From an uncultured Acidobacteriota bacterium (GTDB taxonomy: Bacteria > Acidobacteriota > Vicinamibacteria > Vicinamibacterales > UBA8438): a stretch of DNA of 64,000 bases. A program made the position numbers and the translations under genes. The notes beneath the pieces are model-generated. The model saw nothing but the letters and a program-made list of their open reading frames with translations, ran no database searches and was not told the DNA's origin. The DNA lies in NCBI GenBank assembly GCA_913043225.1, contig CAJWLU010000017.1, positions 1 through 64,000 on the forward strand, read 5' to 3'. Below, one piece after another: positions 29,803 through 39,040 of the stretch (positions are counted from its first letter, which is position 1; every line of letters starts with the position of its first letter).

Positions 29803-31323
29803 ATGGCCTCCCCATCGGACGGGTTGTTCCCCCTCGACGCTCACAATCGAGCGCTGCTCGCCAATGTCCACCCCGCGGACTGGGTGAACCCGATCCCGGC
29901 CGAGCGCTACCACCTCGTGGTGGTGGGAGCCGGGACCGCCGGCCTCATCGCTGCTTCGTTTGCTGCCGGTGCGGGGGCTAGGGTGGCCTTGGTCGAGCGG
30001 GAACTGATGGGAGGCGACTGTCTCAACGTGGGATGCGTACCGTCGAAGAGTGTCCTGCGCTCGTCGCGTTACTTCGCCGAGCAGAGGGATGCCGCCGCGC
30101 TGGGGTGGACGGGGGGGCAGGCGAGCCCGGATTTCGAGGCGGTCATGGAGCGGATGCGCCGGATCCGGGCGCGTATCAGTCCCCATGATTCGGCCGTTCG
30201 CTACCGGGACGAGAAGGGGGTCGACGTCTTTCTCGGCGAGGGGAGTTTCACCGGAGAGACGACGCTCGAGGTTGCCGGCGCGACGCTCCGGTTCAGGCGA
30301 GCCGTCGTGGCCAGCGGCGCTCGGGCGGCGCGCCTGCCGATTCCGGGGCTCGACGACGCCGGGTATCTGACCAACGCCACTGTCTTCAACCTAACCGAAT
30401 GCCCCGAGCGGCTCGCCGTGATCGGGGGCGGACCGATCGGGGCCGAGCTGGCTCAGGCATTTCAGCGGCTCGGGGCCAGCGTGACCCTTCTCGAGATGAG
30501 GCCGCGACTGCTCCCGCGGGAGGATCCGGACGCTGTAGCCATCGTCCAGGCGGAGCTGGAGCGGGATGGAGTCCGGCTCGTCATGGGCGCGACTATTGAA
30601 CGGGTCGATCGGGAGGGGGAGGAGCGGCGAATCCGTCTGGTAACCGACCAGGGCGACGAGGTGGTCGCGGTCGACCGCATCCTGGTCGCGGCTGGCAGGC
30701 GTCCGAACACCGACGGGCTGGGGCTTGGGCTGGCAGGCGTCAACCATGACCATCGCGGTATCACGGTGGACGATACTCTCCAGACCTCCAATCCCAGGAT
30801 CTATGCCGCCGGTGACGTCTGCATGGCCTGGCAGTTCACGCATGCGGCCGAGGACGCGGCGAGAATCGCGGTCCAGAACGCGTTATTTCCGGGGCGTCGC
30901 CGCCTGAGCACGCTGACTATGCCGTGGTGTACCTATACCGATCCGGAGGTCGCCCATGTCGGGCTCTCCGCCGAGCAGGCGGAGGCACAGGGGGTGTCGG
31001 TGGAGACCTACACCCAGCCCTGGCCGGCGGTCGACCGAGCGCTCACCGACGGCGATGATGAGGGCTTCGTCCGGATTCACACCAGACGCGGCACCGACGA
31101 GATCCTCGGGGCGACGATCGTGGCGCGACATGCGGGGGAGATGATCAGCGAGGTTACCCTGGCGATGGTCGCTAAACTCGGGTTGTCGACGTTGTCCACC
31201 GTGATCCATCCGTACCCGACGCAGGCGGATGCCATCCGCCGGACGGCCCTCCAGTACAGCGTCAGCCGGGTCACGCCGATGGTGAAGCGGTTGCTCGGAT
31301 TCTGGTTCCGTTTGACACGGTAG
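29803..31323 (+). CDS. Class I pyridine nucleotide-disulfide oxidoreductase (MerA/Lpd-like, not true MerA)
   Basis: GAGTAG, GGDCLNVGCVPSK, GGGPIG and HPYPT; no C-terminal CC pair. Confidence 0.9.
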   Translation: MASPSDGLFPLDAHNRALLANVHPADWVNPIPAERYHLVVVGAGTAGLIAASFAAGAGARVALVERELMGGDCLNVGCVPSKSVLRSSRYFAEQRDAAALGWTGGQASPDFEAVMERMRRIRARISPHDSAVRYRDEKGVDVFLGEGSFTGETTLEVAGATLRFRRAVVASGARAARLPIPGLDDAGYLTNATVFNLTECPERLAVIGGGPIGAELAQAFQRLGASVTLLEMRPRLLPREDPDAVAIVQAELERDGVRLVMGATIERVDREGEERRIRLVTDQGDEVVAVDRILVAAGRRPNTDGLGLGLAGVNHDHRGITVDDTLQTSNPRIYAAGDVCMAWQFTHAAEDAARIAVQNALFPGRRRLSTLTMPWCTYTDPEVAHVGLSAEQAEAQGVSVETYTQPWPAVDRALTDGDDEGFVRIHTRRGTDEILGATIVARHAGEMISEVTLAMVAKLGLSTLSTVIHPYPTQADAIRRTALQYSVSRVTPMVKRLLGFWFRLTR

Positions 31324-31334
31324 CCGAACTTGGT

Positions 31335-31802
31335 ATGAGCGGTCTTGGTCCGATCGTCCTGCGGCTCGTCGTCGGCGCCGTGTGTATCGCGCATGGGCTG
31401 ATCAGATTCGTTCCGGCGCCGCCCGGCGCCGCCGAGGCGACCGCCGCGCTGCTGGCTGGGCTCGGTGTTGGGCGACCCGAGCTCGTGGCGATGACCCTGG
31501 GCGGGCTTGAAGTGGCGGGTGGGGCCCTCCTGATGGTGGGGGCATTCACGAGATGGGTCACGCCGATACTGGTGCTGGCCACCGCGGCCATGGCCTGGCA
31601 GGTACGCGTCCCTCACGGGCTCTTCTTGAACTGGGCGCTCGAGCCGGGTGTCGCCCACGGGTACGAGTTCGACCTGCTGCTGGGCGGAGCGCTCCTGAGT
31701 CTCTGGTTGACCGGGCCAGGCGGCCTCTCGTTCGATCGAGCGCGTCGCCGGGGTGGCGGCTCGGGCGAGGCGGCCGAACGCGCGCGGCTCCAGCGGCGGT
31801 AG
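31335..31802 (+). CDS. DoxX family protein
   Basis: LRLVVG...AHG, LEVAGG.LL.VG..TR, GYEF.L and TGPG..S.D. Confidence 0.9.
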   Translation: MSGLGPIVLRLVVGAVCIAHGLIRFVPAPPGAAEATAALLAGLGVGRPELVAMTLGGLEVAGGALLMVGAFTRWVTPILVLATAAMAWQVRVPHGLFLNWALEPGVAHGYEFDLLLGGALLSLWLTGPGGLSFDRARRRGGGSGEAAERARLQRR

Positions 31803-31841
31803 GCTTTGGCTGTTCCCCCGGCCGTTATCGGCCGGACAAGG

Positions 31842-32696
31842 TCAGGCCTGGTCGCCGTCCGCCAGTTCGATGATTCGCGCCAGCGTCTGCGCGGCCTGAC
31901 CGACCGGCAGGTTGCTCACGTAGACGTGTTGAGCGCCCATTTCCCTGAGACAGCGGATGGTCCTGGCGCAGATCAGCTCGGGGCTCGCGCCGCCCTCGAA
32001 CTCTCGGATTAGCTCCTCGGTCGGCACCGCCAGGAAGTTGCTTAGGACCTTCAGTGTCTGGGGGTTCGCGCTGCGGTAGTAGAAGACGCCAAATACACCC
32101 GGAGGTTGCAGCTGCGCCCGTTGCGCCTCAGCCAGAAACCGCTCTACCGGAACTGGATCGTGGTGAGAGACGATCTGCGTCAGATAGAAGTCGGCCGTGG
32201 CCGTGGCGGCGGTCAGATAGCCGATCTGGGTCGAGGCATCCCGGGCCGGGTTCGCCCATCCCCCGAGCAGCAGCTCCGGCTGGCGCGATCGGATCTCCGC
32301 ACGGAGCTGCCAGCCGTGCTCGACGCACCGTGGTGGACCCACATGCTGGTCGCCACCCAAGACCACCAGGGCTTGGAAGCCGAGCGCGTGGGCGCGGTCC
32401 GCATAGCTCAGGCAGTACTCGAGTGGGTGTTTTGTGGTCAGGAACGGCACGACCCGGTCGCGCGGCGCTTGCGTCCCGAGGTTGACCTCGAGGTGTCTGA
32501 GGCTGTCTTCCTCCTGCTGGCCGACCGCGCTGTCGGTGAGGAAGACGAAGGTCTCTTGGCGAGCCAGTCTGCGAACCCCATGGTAGGTGTCGATCCAGGC
32601 GTCGATGCCGGAGGCGGCGTCGAGCTGGATACGGGGCGGACGCAGCTCCGCGGCGATAATGGTCTGGTCGCGTTCGAACGTGTGACGGAGGGACAC
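31842..32696 (-). CDS. Methylenetetrahydrofolate reductase-like flavoprotein (divergent)
   Basis: ELRPPR, LTD, LVVLGGD, ANP and ADFYLTQ correspond to MetF motifs. Confidence 0.7.
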   Translation of the reverse strand: MSLRHTFERDQTIIAAELRPPRIQLDAASGIDAWIDTYHGVRRLARQETFVFLTDSAVGQQEEDSLRHLEVNLGTQAPRDRVVPFLTTKHPLEYCLSYADRAHALGFQALVVLGGDQHVGPPRCVEHGWQLRAEIRSRQPELLLGGWANPARDASTQIGYLTAATATADFYLTQIVSHHDPVPVERFLAEAQRAQLQPPGVFGVFYYRSANPQTLKVLSNFLAVPTEELIREFEGGASPELICARTIRCLREMGAQHVYVSNLPVGQAAQTLARIIELADGDQA

Positions 32697-32715
32697 GGGC
32701 GGCGAGGGCGTGCTT

Positions 32716-34986
32716 CTAGCGAGGGCCCGACGACCCGGCGGGCACCGTACCGGACGGTTCCAGGTGCTCGAGGATGAACTCGAGCATGCGATGTCGCAGA
32801 TGCGTGTTCTGTGCAGGATCAGTGATGCCGTGCCGCGAGCGCGGGTAGAGCATCAGATCGAACTGCTTGCCGGCCTTCTGGAGTTCATACGTGAACTGTA
32901 GGGTGTTCTGCAGATGGACATTGTCGTCCATGGTGCCGTGGATCAGCAGGAGGGCGCCGGACAGGTCGGCCGCGGCGAAGCGTGGCGAGCTCTTCCGATA
33001 GCCCTCCGGGTTATTTTGCGGCATCCGCATGAACCGTTCGGTGTAGATCGTGTCGTAGTCCCGCCAGTCGCTCACCGTGCCTCCGGCGATGCCCATGACG
33101 AAACTTTCGCTGTGGGTGAGCGCGTAGCTGGTCATGAACCCGCCGTAGCTCCAGCCTTCGATGCCGATCCTGGCGCCGTCTACCCACGGTTGTTGCTTGA
33201 GCCAGGAGATGCCGTCCTCGATGTCTCGAAGCTCGAGCTCACCGAAGTTCTGGTAGACCGGCCAGGTGGAGACAGCGCCTTTGCCGCTAGCGGTCCGGTT
33301 GTCCAGCACCCAAACCACGGTTCCCCGCTGCGCGAGCAGCTGGTAGAACATCATGGTGCTCCCGCCCCAGCTGTTGCGGACCTGCTGGGCGTGCGGACCG
33401 GCGTAGGTGTGCTGGAAGACCGGATAGCGTCGTGTCGGGTCGAAGTCTGGCGGCTTGAGGAGCATTGCTTCCATCACGAAGCCATCTCGACTTTCGATCT
33501 GGAGAAACTCTGGCGTCGACAAGCGGTATCTAGAGAGCGAGCCGACTTGGTTCTCGGAAACTACCCGGATCTCGGTGCCGTTGGCCTGATGAACCCGGAC
33601 CTGGGGAGGGGTGTGGATGTCGCTCCACGTGTCGATATAGCGCGTGAAGGAGGGGTTGAAGTTGGCGCGATGGGTCCCGTTGCGCTCGGAGAGCCGCGTC
33701 AACCCCGATCCATCCAGCCGAACCCGGTAGACGTCGCCTCCGATCGGGCTCCGTTCGGTGCCTGAGAAATAGATCCAACCGCCAGACTCGTCCACCCCGT
33801 GGAGGGTGCGCAGCTCCCACTCGCCATCGGTCACCTGACCGGTCGGCGTTCCGTCGCTCTCGTAGTGATAGAGGTGTTTCCAGCCTGACCGCTCGCTCAG
33901 CCAGAGGAAGCTCCCGTCTTCCAGCCAGGTCGGGTCGCCGTGCACGTCGACCCAGGCCGGTGTGGTTTCCTGAAAGAGCCGGATCGAATCACCCGTTACC
34001 GGGTCGGCGAGGTTCAAATCGAGCCAGGTCTGTTCGCGGTTTTGGGTCTGGAAGACCACCGCGTCGCCGTCAGGGGTCCAGTCGACCGAGACGATTAGGA
34101 GGTCGGTCGGCGTGTATCGGCCCAGATCGGCCCAGACGGTCTCGCCACCCACGGCCGGTACCACGCCCAGGCGGACCAGCGGGTTTAGATCGCCCGCTTT
34201 TGGGTAGTCGGTGGTCTCCAACTCGAGCCGGTAGGGAAGGTGGTCGACCACCGTGAACTCCTTGACCGGGCTTTCGTCGGTCTGGAGGTAGGCGACATGG
34301 GCCGAGTCCGGGCTCCACCAGTAGCCCTTGAAGTTGCCGCGACCGTAGATCTCTTCCTGGTAGACCCAGTCGAGCTCGCCGTTCAGGAGATCGTCCGTCC
34401 CGTTCTCCGTCAGTGCCCACTCTCGATGGGCGCCGACATCGACCACGACCAGGTCGTGGTTCCTAACAAACGCCACCAGCTGTCCGTCCGGGCTGAATGA
34501 GGGCATCGACTCAAGCGCGGGGTCCCGCGTCAACCGACTGATCCCTCCGTCCTGGTCGACTGGGCGCCGCAGTAGGTAGAGATCGCTCCCGACCTCGAAT
34601 ACCGCCGCGGAGTGGTCGTGGTTCCAGGTGTAGCGTCCCCGCTGGGCGATCGCCCGAGCTGCATCGGCATCCAGTCCCGGCAACTCGGCCAGGGCCTGTT
34701 CGAGCGCGGTGGCGTCCACCCACGGTTGCCGGCTTCCGCTGTCGGCGTTGACGGCCAGCAACGCTGTCCGACCGGCGGGGTCACGCTCTCGCAGGAGGAA
34801 CTCGCGGTCGGTCAGCCAGGTCAGGTCGGAGGGGACCCGGCCTGAGAAGTCGACCCGGGCATCGGGGTGATAGATCTCGTCAATCGTCAGCACCCGATCC
34901 TGCGCGCCGGCCGGTGCAGCCATCGCCAGACAGCCGGCGAAGACCAGCGTACGAAGGCTCTCTCGAACGGGCTTGACCGGGGTCAT
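32716..34986 (-). CDS. S9B dipeptidyl peptidase IV family, exported
   Basis: DWVYQEE, YPKAG, GWSYGG, HGTMDDNVH and YP..RH. Start reassigned to ATG 34986. Confidence 0.93.
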   Translation of the reverse strand: MTPVKPVRESLRTLVFAGCLAMAAPAGAQDRVLTIDEIYHPDARVDFSGRVPSDLTWLTDREFLLRERDPAGRTALLAVNADSGSRQPWVDATALEQALAELPGLDADAARAIAQRGRYTWNHDHSAAVFEVGSDLYLLRRPVDQDGGISRLTRDPALESMPSFSPDGQLVAFVRNHDLVVVDVGAHREWALTENGTDDLLNGELDWVYQEEIYGRGNFKGYWWSPDSAHVAYLQTDESPVKEFTVVDHLPYRLELETTDYPKAGDLNPLVRLGVVPAVGGETVWADLGRYTPTDLLIVSVDWTPDGDAVVFQTQNREQTWLDLNLADPVTGDSIRLFQETTPAWVDVHGDPTWLEDGSFLWLSERSGWKHLYHYESDGTPTGQVTDGEWELRTLHGVDESGGWIYFSGTERSPIGGDVYRVRLDGSGLTRLSERNGTHRANFNPSFTRYIDTWSDIHTPPQVRVHQANGTEIRVVSENQVGSLSRYRLSTPEFLQIESRDGFVMEAMLLKPPDFDPTRRYPVFQHTYAGPHAQQVRNSWGGSTMMFYQLLAQRGTVVWVLDNRTASGKGAVSTWPVYQNFGELELRDIEDGISWLKQQPWVDGARIGIEGWSYGGFMTSYALTHSESFVMGIAGGTVSDWRDYDTIYTERFMRMPQNNPEGYRKSSPRFAAADLSGALLLIHGTMDDNVHLQNTLQFTYELQKAGKQFDLMLYPRSRHGITDPAQNTHLRHRMLEFILEHLEPSGTVPAGSSGPR

Positions 34987-35097
34987 AGGCAGCTCCCTGG
35001 ACCGCGTGGCAGAGGTAAAATTATGCAGGCGGTCTTGCGACTCTGTGAAACAGCTTAGCAAATCACTAACGGGGGTGACCGCCGAATCCTGGAGGGT

Positions 35098-37095
35098 GTG
35101 ATGCGGACGCTGAGAGTGACGATGGCGATGGCGTGCGGGGCCATGATGAGCGAGGGGGCAGTTTCGGCCCAGGAGGCGGCCGAGCGGCCCTACCTGCTCG
35201 AGCGTGTCGGTGAAGCGGCAATCGTGCAGCTGTATGCCGACGGCTTCGAGGGTTTGTCGCTCCGGGAGAAGACCCTGATCTGGCACCTGTCCAGGGCCGC
35301 ACTCGCTGGCCGCGACATTTACTACGACCAGCGCTACGAGCACAACCTCGAGATGCGAGAGGTACTCGAAGAGATCTTGACGCACCCGCAGGGGGTCGAC
35401 CCGGACACGCTCGAGGCGATCCACATCTACACCAAGCTCTTCTGGCTCAACACGGGGCCCTACAACAACCTCACCGCCAGGAAGTTTGTCCTCGAGGTGT
35501 CGCCCGAGGCGTTTGCAGCTGCGGCCGAGGCGGCAGCCACCGCTGGCGCACGTTTCCCGACGCGGGACCTCGAGATGCTGTCGGACATGCTCGGTCGGAT
35601 GGGGCCGCTGTTCTTTGACCCGGATTTGGATCCGATCGTGACCAACAAGACGCCTGGGCCGGGGCAGGACATCCTGTTGTCGAGCGCGAACAACCTCTAC
35701 AAAGGGGTGTCGATGGCCGACCTCGACGGCTTTGAAGAGGAGTTCCCCCTGACGTCGCGGCTGGTCAAGCGAGCTGGTCAGCTGTTCGAAGAGGTCTACC
35801 GGGTCGGCGGCCGCTACAGTGACGAGATCTCGGAGATCATCCGGCATCTCGAAGCGGCTATTCCGTTCGCCAGCGAGGCGATGGCCAAGGCGCTGCGGGC
35901 GAATGTCGCCTACTATCGCACTGGCGCTCCGGTCGACCAGCGGGCCTACGACATCGCCTGGGTCGAGGACCAGGCGTCGTCGGTCGACACTATCAACGGC
36001 TTCACCGAGGTGTACATGGATGCGCGGGGCGCCAAAGGCGCCTGGGAAGCGCTGGTGTTCTACGTCAACCCCGAGAAGACCGGCGCCATCAAGGCGCTAG
36101 CCGCCAACGCCCAGTGGTTCGAAGATCGGATGCCCTGGGACCCGAAGTACCGCAAACCGAGCGTGACCGGGATTACCGCCAATGCTATCGATGTGGTCAT
36201 TGAGACCGGCGACTCAGGCCCGATTACGCCGATCGGCATCAACCTGCCGAACGACCAGATCGTGCGTGAGCAGTACGGTAGCAAGTCGGTGTCACTCTCC
36301 AACGTAACGGAGGCCTATGATCTCAGTCGGCCCGCCAACTACCGTCAGGAGTTCGCTTGGACCGAGGAGGAGGCGGAGCGGTCAGGGCGCTGGGGCGGCT
36401 TGGCCGGAGAGATGACCACCAACATGCACGAGGTCATCGGTCATGCCTCTGGGCAGCTGTCGGAGCGTCTGGGCGGGAATGCGCAGGCGGACCTCAAAGA
36501 GCAGTACTCGGCGCTCGAGGAGGCTCGTGCCGATCTGGTGGGGCTTTACTTCCTGCCAGACCCGAAGCTGGTCGAGCTGGGTCTGTTGCCGGCGGACGCG
36601 CACGAAGAGATCGTGATAGCCGAATACGAGAGCTATACGAGAAACGCCTTAGTGCAACTGCGGCGGGTCCGCGAGGGGGCGCAGATCGAACAAGACCACA
36701 TGCGGAACCGTCAGATGATCGTCCACTGGCTCATGGAGAACACTGCCGCTATCGAACGTCGCGAACGGGACGGTAGAACCTACTATGTCATGGTCGACTG
36801 GCGAGCGTTCCGGAATGGGGCGGCGACACTACTGGCCGAGATCCAGCGGATCAAGTCGGAGGGGGATTACGAGGCGGCGCGCGATCTGTTCGAGACCCAC
36901 GGCATCCACTTCGATCCGGCGCTGCGGGACGAAGTGGTGGCCCGAGTGGAATCGGTGGGGCTGCCGTCCTACTCCGGGTTCGTGCAGCCGAAGCTGGAGG
37001 CGGAGTTCGATGCATCGGGCGCCATTACCGACGTCGCGATTTCGTATCCACAGGACTTCACTGCGCAGATGCTGGAATACTCGGGCAAGCGCTAG
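35098..37095 (+). CDS. Peptidase M49 (dipeptidyl peptidase III) family, exported
   Basis: GINLPN, GSKSV.L.N, HEVIGH and EEARAD. Confidence 0.92.
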   Translation: MMRTLRVTMAMACGAMMSEGAVSAQEAAERPYLLERVGEAAIVQLYADGFEGLSLREKTLIWHLSRAALAGRDIYYDQRYEHNLEMREVLEEILTHPQGVDPDTLEAIHIYTKLFWLNTGPYNNLTARKFVLEVSPEAFAAAAEAAATAGARFPTRDLEMLSDMLGRMGPLFFDPDLDPIVTNKTPGPGQDILLSSANNLYKGVSMADLDGFEEEFPLTSRLVKRAGQLFEEVYRVGGRYSDEISEIIRHLEAAIPFASEAMAKALRANVAYYRTGAPVDQRAYDIAWVEDQASSVDTINGFTEVYMDARGAKGAWEALVFYVNPEKTGAIKALAANAQWFEDRMPWDPKYRKPSVTGITANAIDVVIETGDSGPITPIGINLPNDQIVREQYGSKSVSLSNVTEAYDLSRPANYRQEFAWTEEEAERSGRWGGLAGEMTTNMHEVIGHASGQLSERLGGNAQADLKEQYSALEEARADLVGLYFLPDPKLVELGLLPADAHEEIVIAEYESYTRNALVQLRRVREGAQIEQDHMRNRQMIVHWLMENTAAIERRERDGRTYYVMVDWRAFRNGAATLLAEIQRIKSEGDYEAARDLFETHGIHFDPALRDEVVARVESVGLPSYSGFVQPKLEAEFDASGAITDVAISYPQDFTAQMLEYSGKR

Positions 37096-37137
37096 CGGAC
37101 CCAATAGAACGACGCGCCCATCCGTCTGTGAGGCTGT

Positions 37138-37830
37138 GTGCAGGTAGACATCCTGGCCTTCGGGCCGCACCCCGATGACATCGAGATCGGCGCCGGCGCC
37201 ACCATTGCGAAGGCGGTGCGTCAGGGCCAGGCCGTGGGGCTATGCGATCTGACTCGAGGTGAGCTTGGCAGCAACGGTACCGTCGAGGAACGGCTGGCCG
37301 AAGCTGGTGCCGCGGCGGAGACGCTTGGTGCCACGTGGCGCGAGAACCTCGGATGGCCCGATGGGGCGATAGGCGGTGACGACCAGCTCCGTGACGCGGT
37401 GGAGCTCCTCCGCCGGAGTCGGCCGGCAACCGTGTTGATTCCGTACTGGGACGATCGCCATCCCGACCACGTGGCCGCCAGCCGTCTGCTGGCGAGCGCG
37501 GTCTTTAAGGCGAGGTTGCGGCGCTTCGGCGCACCTGGCGAGGCGTGGAGTCCTGACTGGGTCTGCCACTATTACATCAACAATGCCGGGACGCCGTCGT
37601 TCGTCGTTGACGTGTCAGCCGACTACGACAGCAAGCGGCGCGCACTCGACTGCCACCGCAGCCAGTTTGTGCCTCAGGACGCGGACGCCGTCGCGACGCG
37701 TCTCACGGCATCATCGTTTCGTCGTCTCATCGAGAGCCGAGACGCAGGGTTTGGCGCGGCCATCGGGGTCGAGTGGGCGGAGGGGTTCGTCGTACGCGAA
37801 CCGTTGCAGCGGGCAGGCGTGATGAAATGA
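37138..37830 (+). CDS. bshB1: Bacillithiol biosynthesis deacetylase BshB1
   Basis: DILAFGPHPDDIE, DLTRGELGSNGT, RHPDH and SQF; adjacent to bshA. Confidence 0.88.
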   Translation: MQVDILAFGPHPDDIEIGAGATIAKAVRQGQAVGLCDLTRGELGSNGTVEERLAEAGAAAETLGATWRENLGWPDGAIGGDDQLRDAVELLRRSRPATVLIPYWDDRHPDHVAASRLLASAVFKARLRRFGAPGEAWSPDWVCHYYINNAGTPSFVVDVSADYDSKRRALDCHRSQFVPQDADAVATRLTASSFRRLIESRDAGFGAAIGVEWAEGFVVREPLQRAGVMK

Positions 37831-37852
37831 GGGCTGCGCGCGTCGAGGGGTC

Positions 37853-39016
37853 ATGAACGTCGGAATTGTCTGTTACGCGTCAGTAGGCGGCAGCGGCATT
37901 GTGGCCGCCGAGCTGGCCAAGGCGCTGGCCGACCGCGGTCATCAGGTCAGGCTGATCAGCACCGAGCTGCCGTTCCGTGTGCCGGATTATCACGTCGGGC
38001 TGGCGTTCCATGCGGTGCAGACGCCTGGCTACCCGCTGTTCCGCGAGCCGCAGTATCTGCTCTCGCTCGCCAATAAGATCGTCCAGGTTAGTCGAGACTA
38101 CGACCTCGACATCATCCACGCCCACTACGCCATTCCGCATGCTGCAGCCGCGTATCTAGCTCGACAGATTCTGGCCAACAATCCCGCGTCTAAGGTGCCG
38201 CGGGTCGTCACCACCCTGCATGGCACTGACGTCACGTTGATCGGGAGCGACAGCTCCTACTCGGAAACCGCCGCATTTTGCATCGACCAGTCGGATGGCG
38301 TGACCGCAGTCTCGCGAAGCTTGCGCGACGATACCTACCGGCAGCTTCCGGTCCGCGCCAAGATCCGGGTCATCCCCAATTTTCTCGACTGCCAGATCCA
38401 CCGGCGTATCGAGGATCCCGCGCTACGGGCCAGACTGACGGGGGGCGATGCCCAGGTTCGGCTGGTGGTGCACGTGTCGAACTTTCGCGCGGTGAAGCGC
38501 CCGGAGGCGGTCATAGAGATCTTCGCGCGCATCCGAGCGGAGGTGCCGGCACGCCTGCTGCTGGTTGGCGACGGACCGGATCTTGACCGCGCGGGCCGGT
38601 GCGCCCGGACGCTCGGCGTGAGTGACGCGGTGGAGCAGCTGGGCGAGCAGGAGCAGGTCGTCCCGTTGCTCTCGGTCTCCGACCTCTTTCTGTTGCCTTC
38701 CGAACAGGAGAGCTTCGGCCTGGCTGCTCTCGAGGCGATGGCGTGTCAGGTCCCGGTCGTGGCGTCACGGGTCGGCGGCCTTCCGGAAGTAATCGACCAC
38801 GGGGTCACCGGGTTTCTGCACGACCCGGACGACTTGGAGGCGATGTCCGCGAGCGGGGCCGCGATTCTGCAGGATCCGGCGCGTCATCGGCAGATGTCGG
38901 AGGCGGCGCTCGCCTCGGTCTTGGAGCGGTTCTGCGTTAATGCCGTTGTGCCAGACTACGAGTCGTTCTATCGCGAGATCATTGACCGCCAGCCGGCGCT
39001 CGCCGAGCAGGCATGA
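37853..39016 (+). CDS. bshA: N-acetyl-alpha-D-glucosaminyl L-malate synthase BshA
   Basis: GIVCY.SVGGSG, HAHYAIPHA, TTLHGTD, HVSNFR.VKR and ESFGLAALEAM. Confidence 0.95.
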   Translation: MNVGIVCYASVGGSGIVAAELAKALADRGHQVRLISTELPFRVPDYHVGLAFHAVQTPGYPLFREPQYLLSLANKIVQVSRDYDLDIIHAHYAIPHAAAAYLARQILANNPASKVPRVVTTLHGTDVTLIGSDSSYSETAAFCIDQSDGVTAVSRSLRDDTYRQLPVRAKIRVIPNFLDCQIHRRIEDPALRARLTGGDAQVRLVVHVSNFRAVKRPEAVIEIFARIRAEVPARLLLVGDGPDLDRAGRCARTLGVSDAVEQLGEQEQVVPLLSVSDLFLLPSEQESFGLAALEAMACQVPVVASRVGGLPEVIDHGVTGFLHDPDDLEAMSASGAAILQDPARHRQMSEAALASVLERFCVNAVVPDYESFYREIIDRQPALAEQA

Positions 39017-39040
39017 GGCCGGGGGTATACTCGAAACATC

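Noticed and set aside
29803..31323. Mercuric reductase (merA) / mercury resistance
   Set aside because: No C-terminal Cys-Cys pair, no NmerA domain, no mer genes nearby, and HPYPT is retained.
34987..35847. N-terminal extension making DPP IV 1043 aa
   Set aside because: It overlaps the DPP III gene antisense. The signal peptide begins after ATG 34986.
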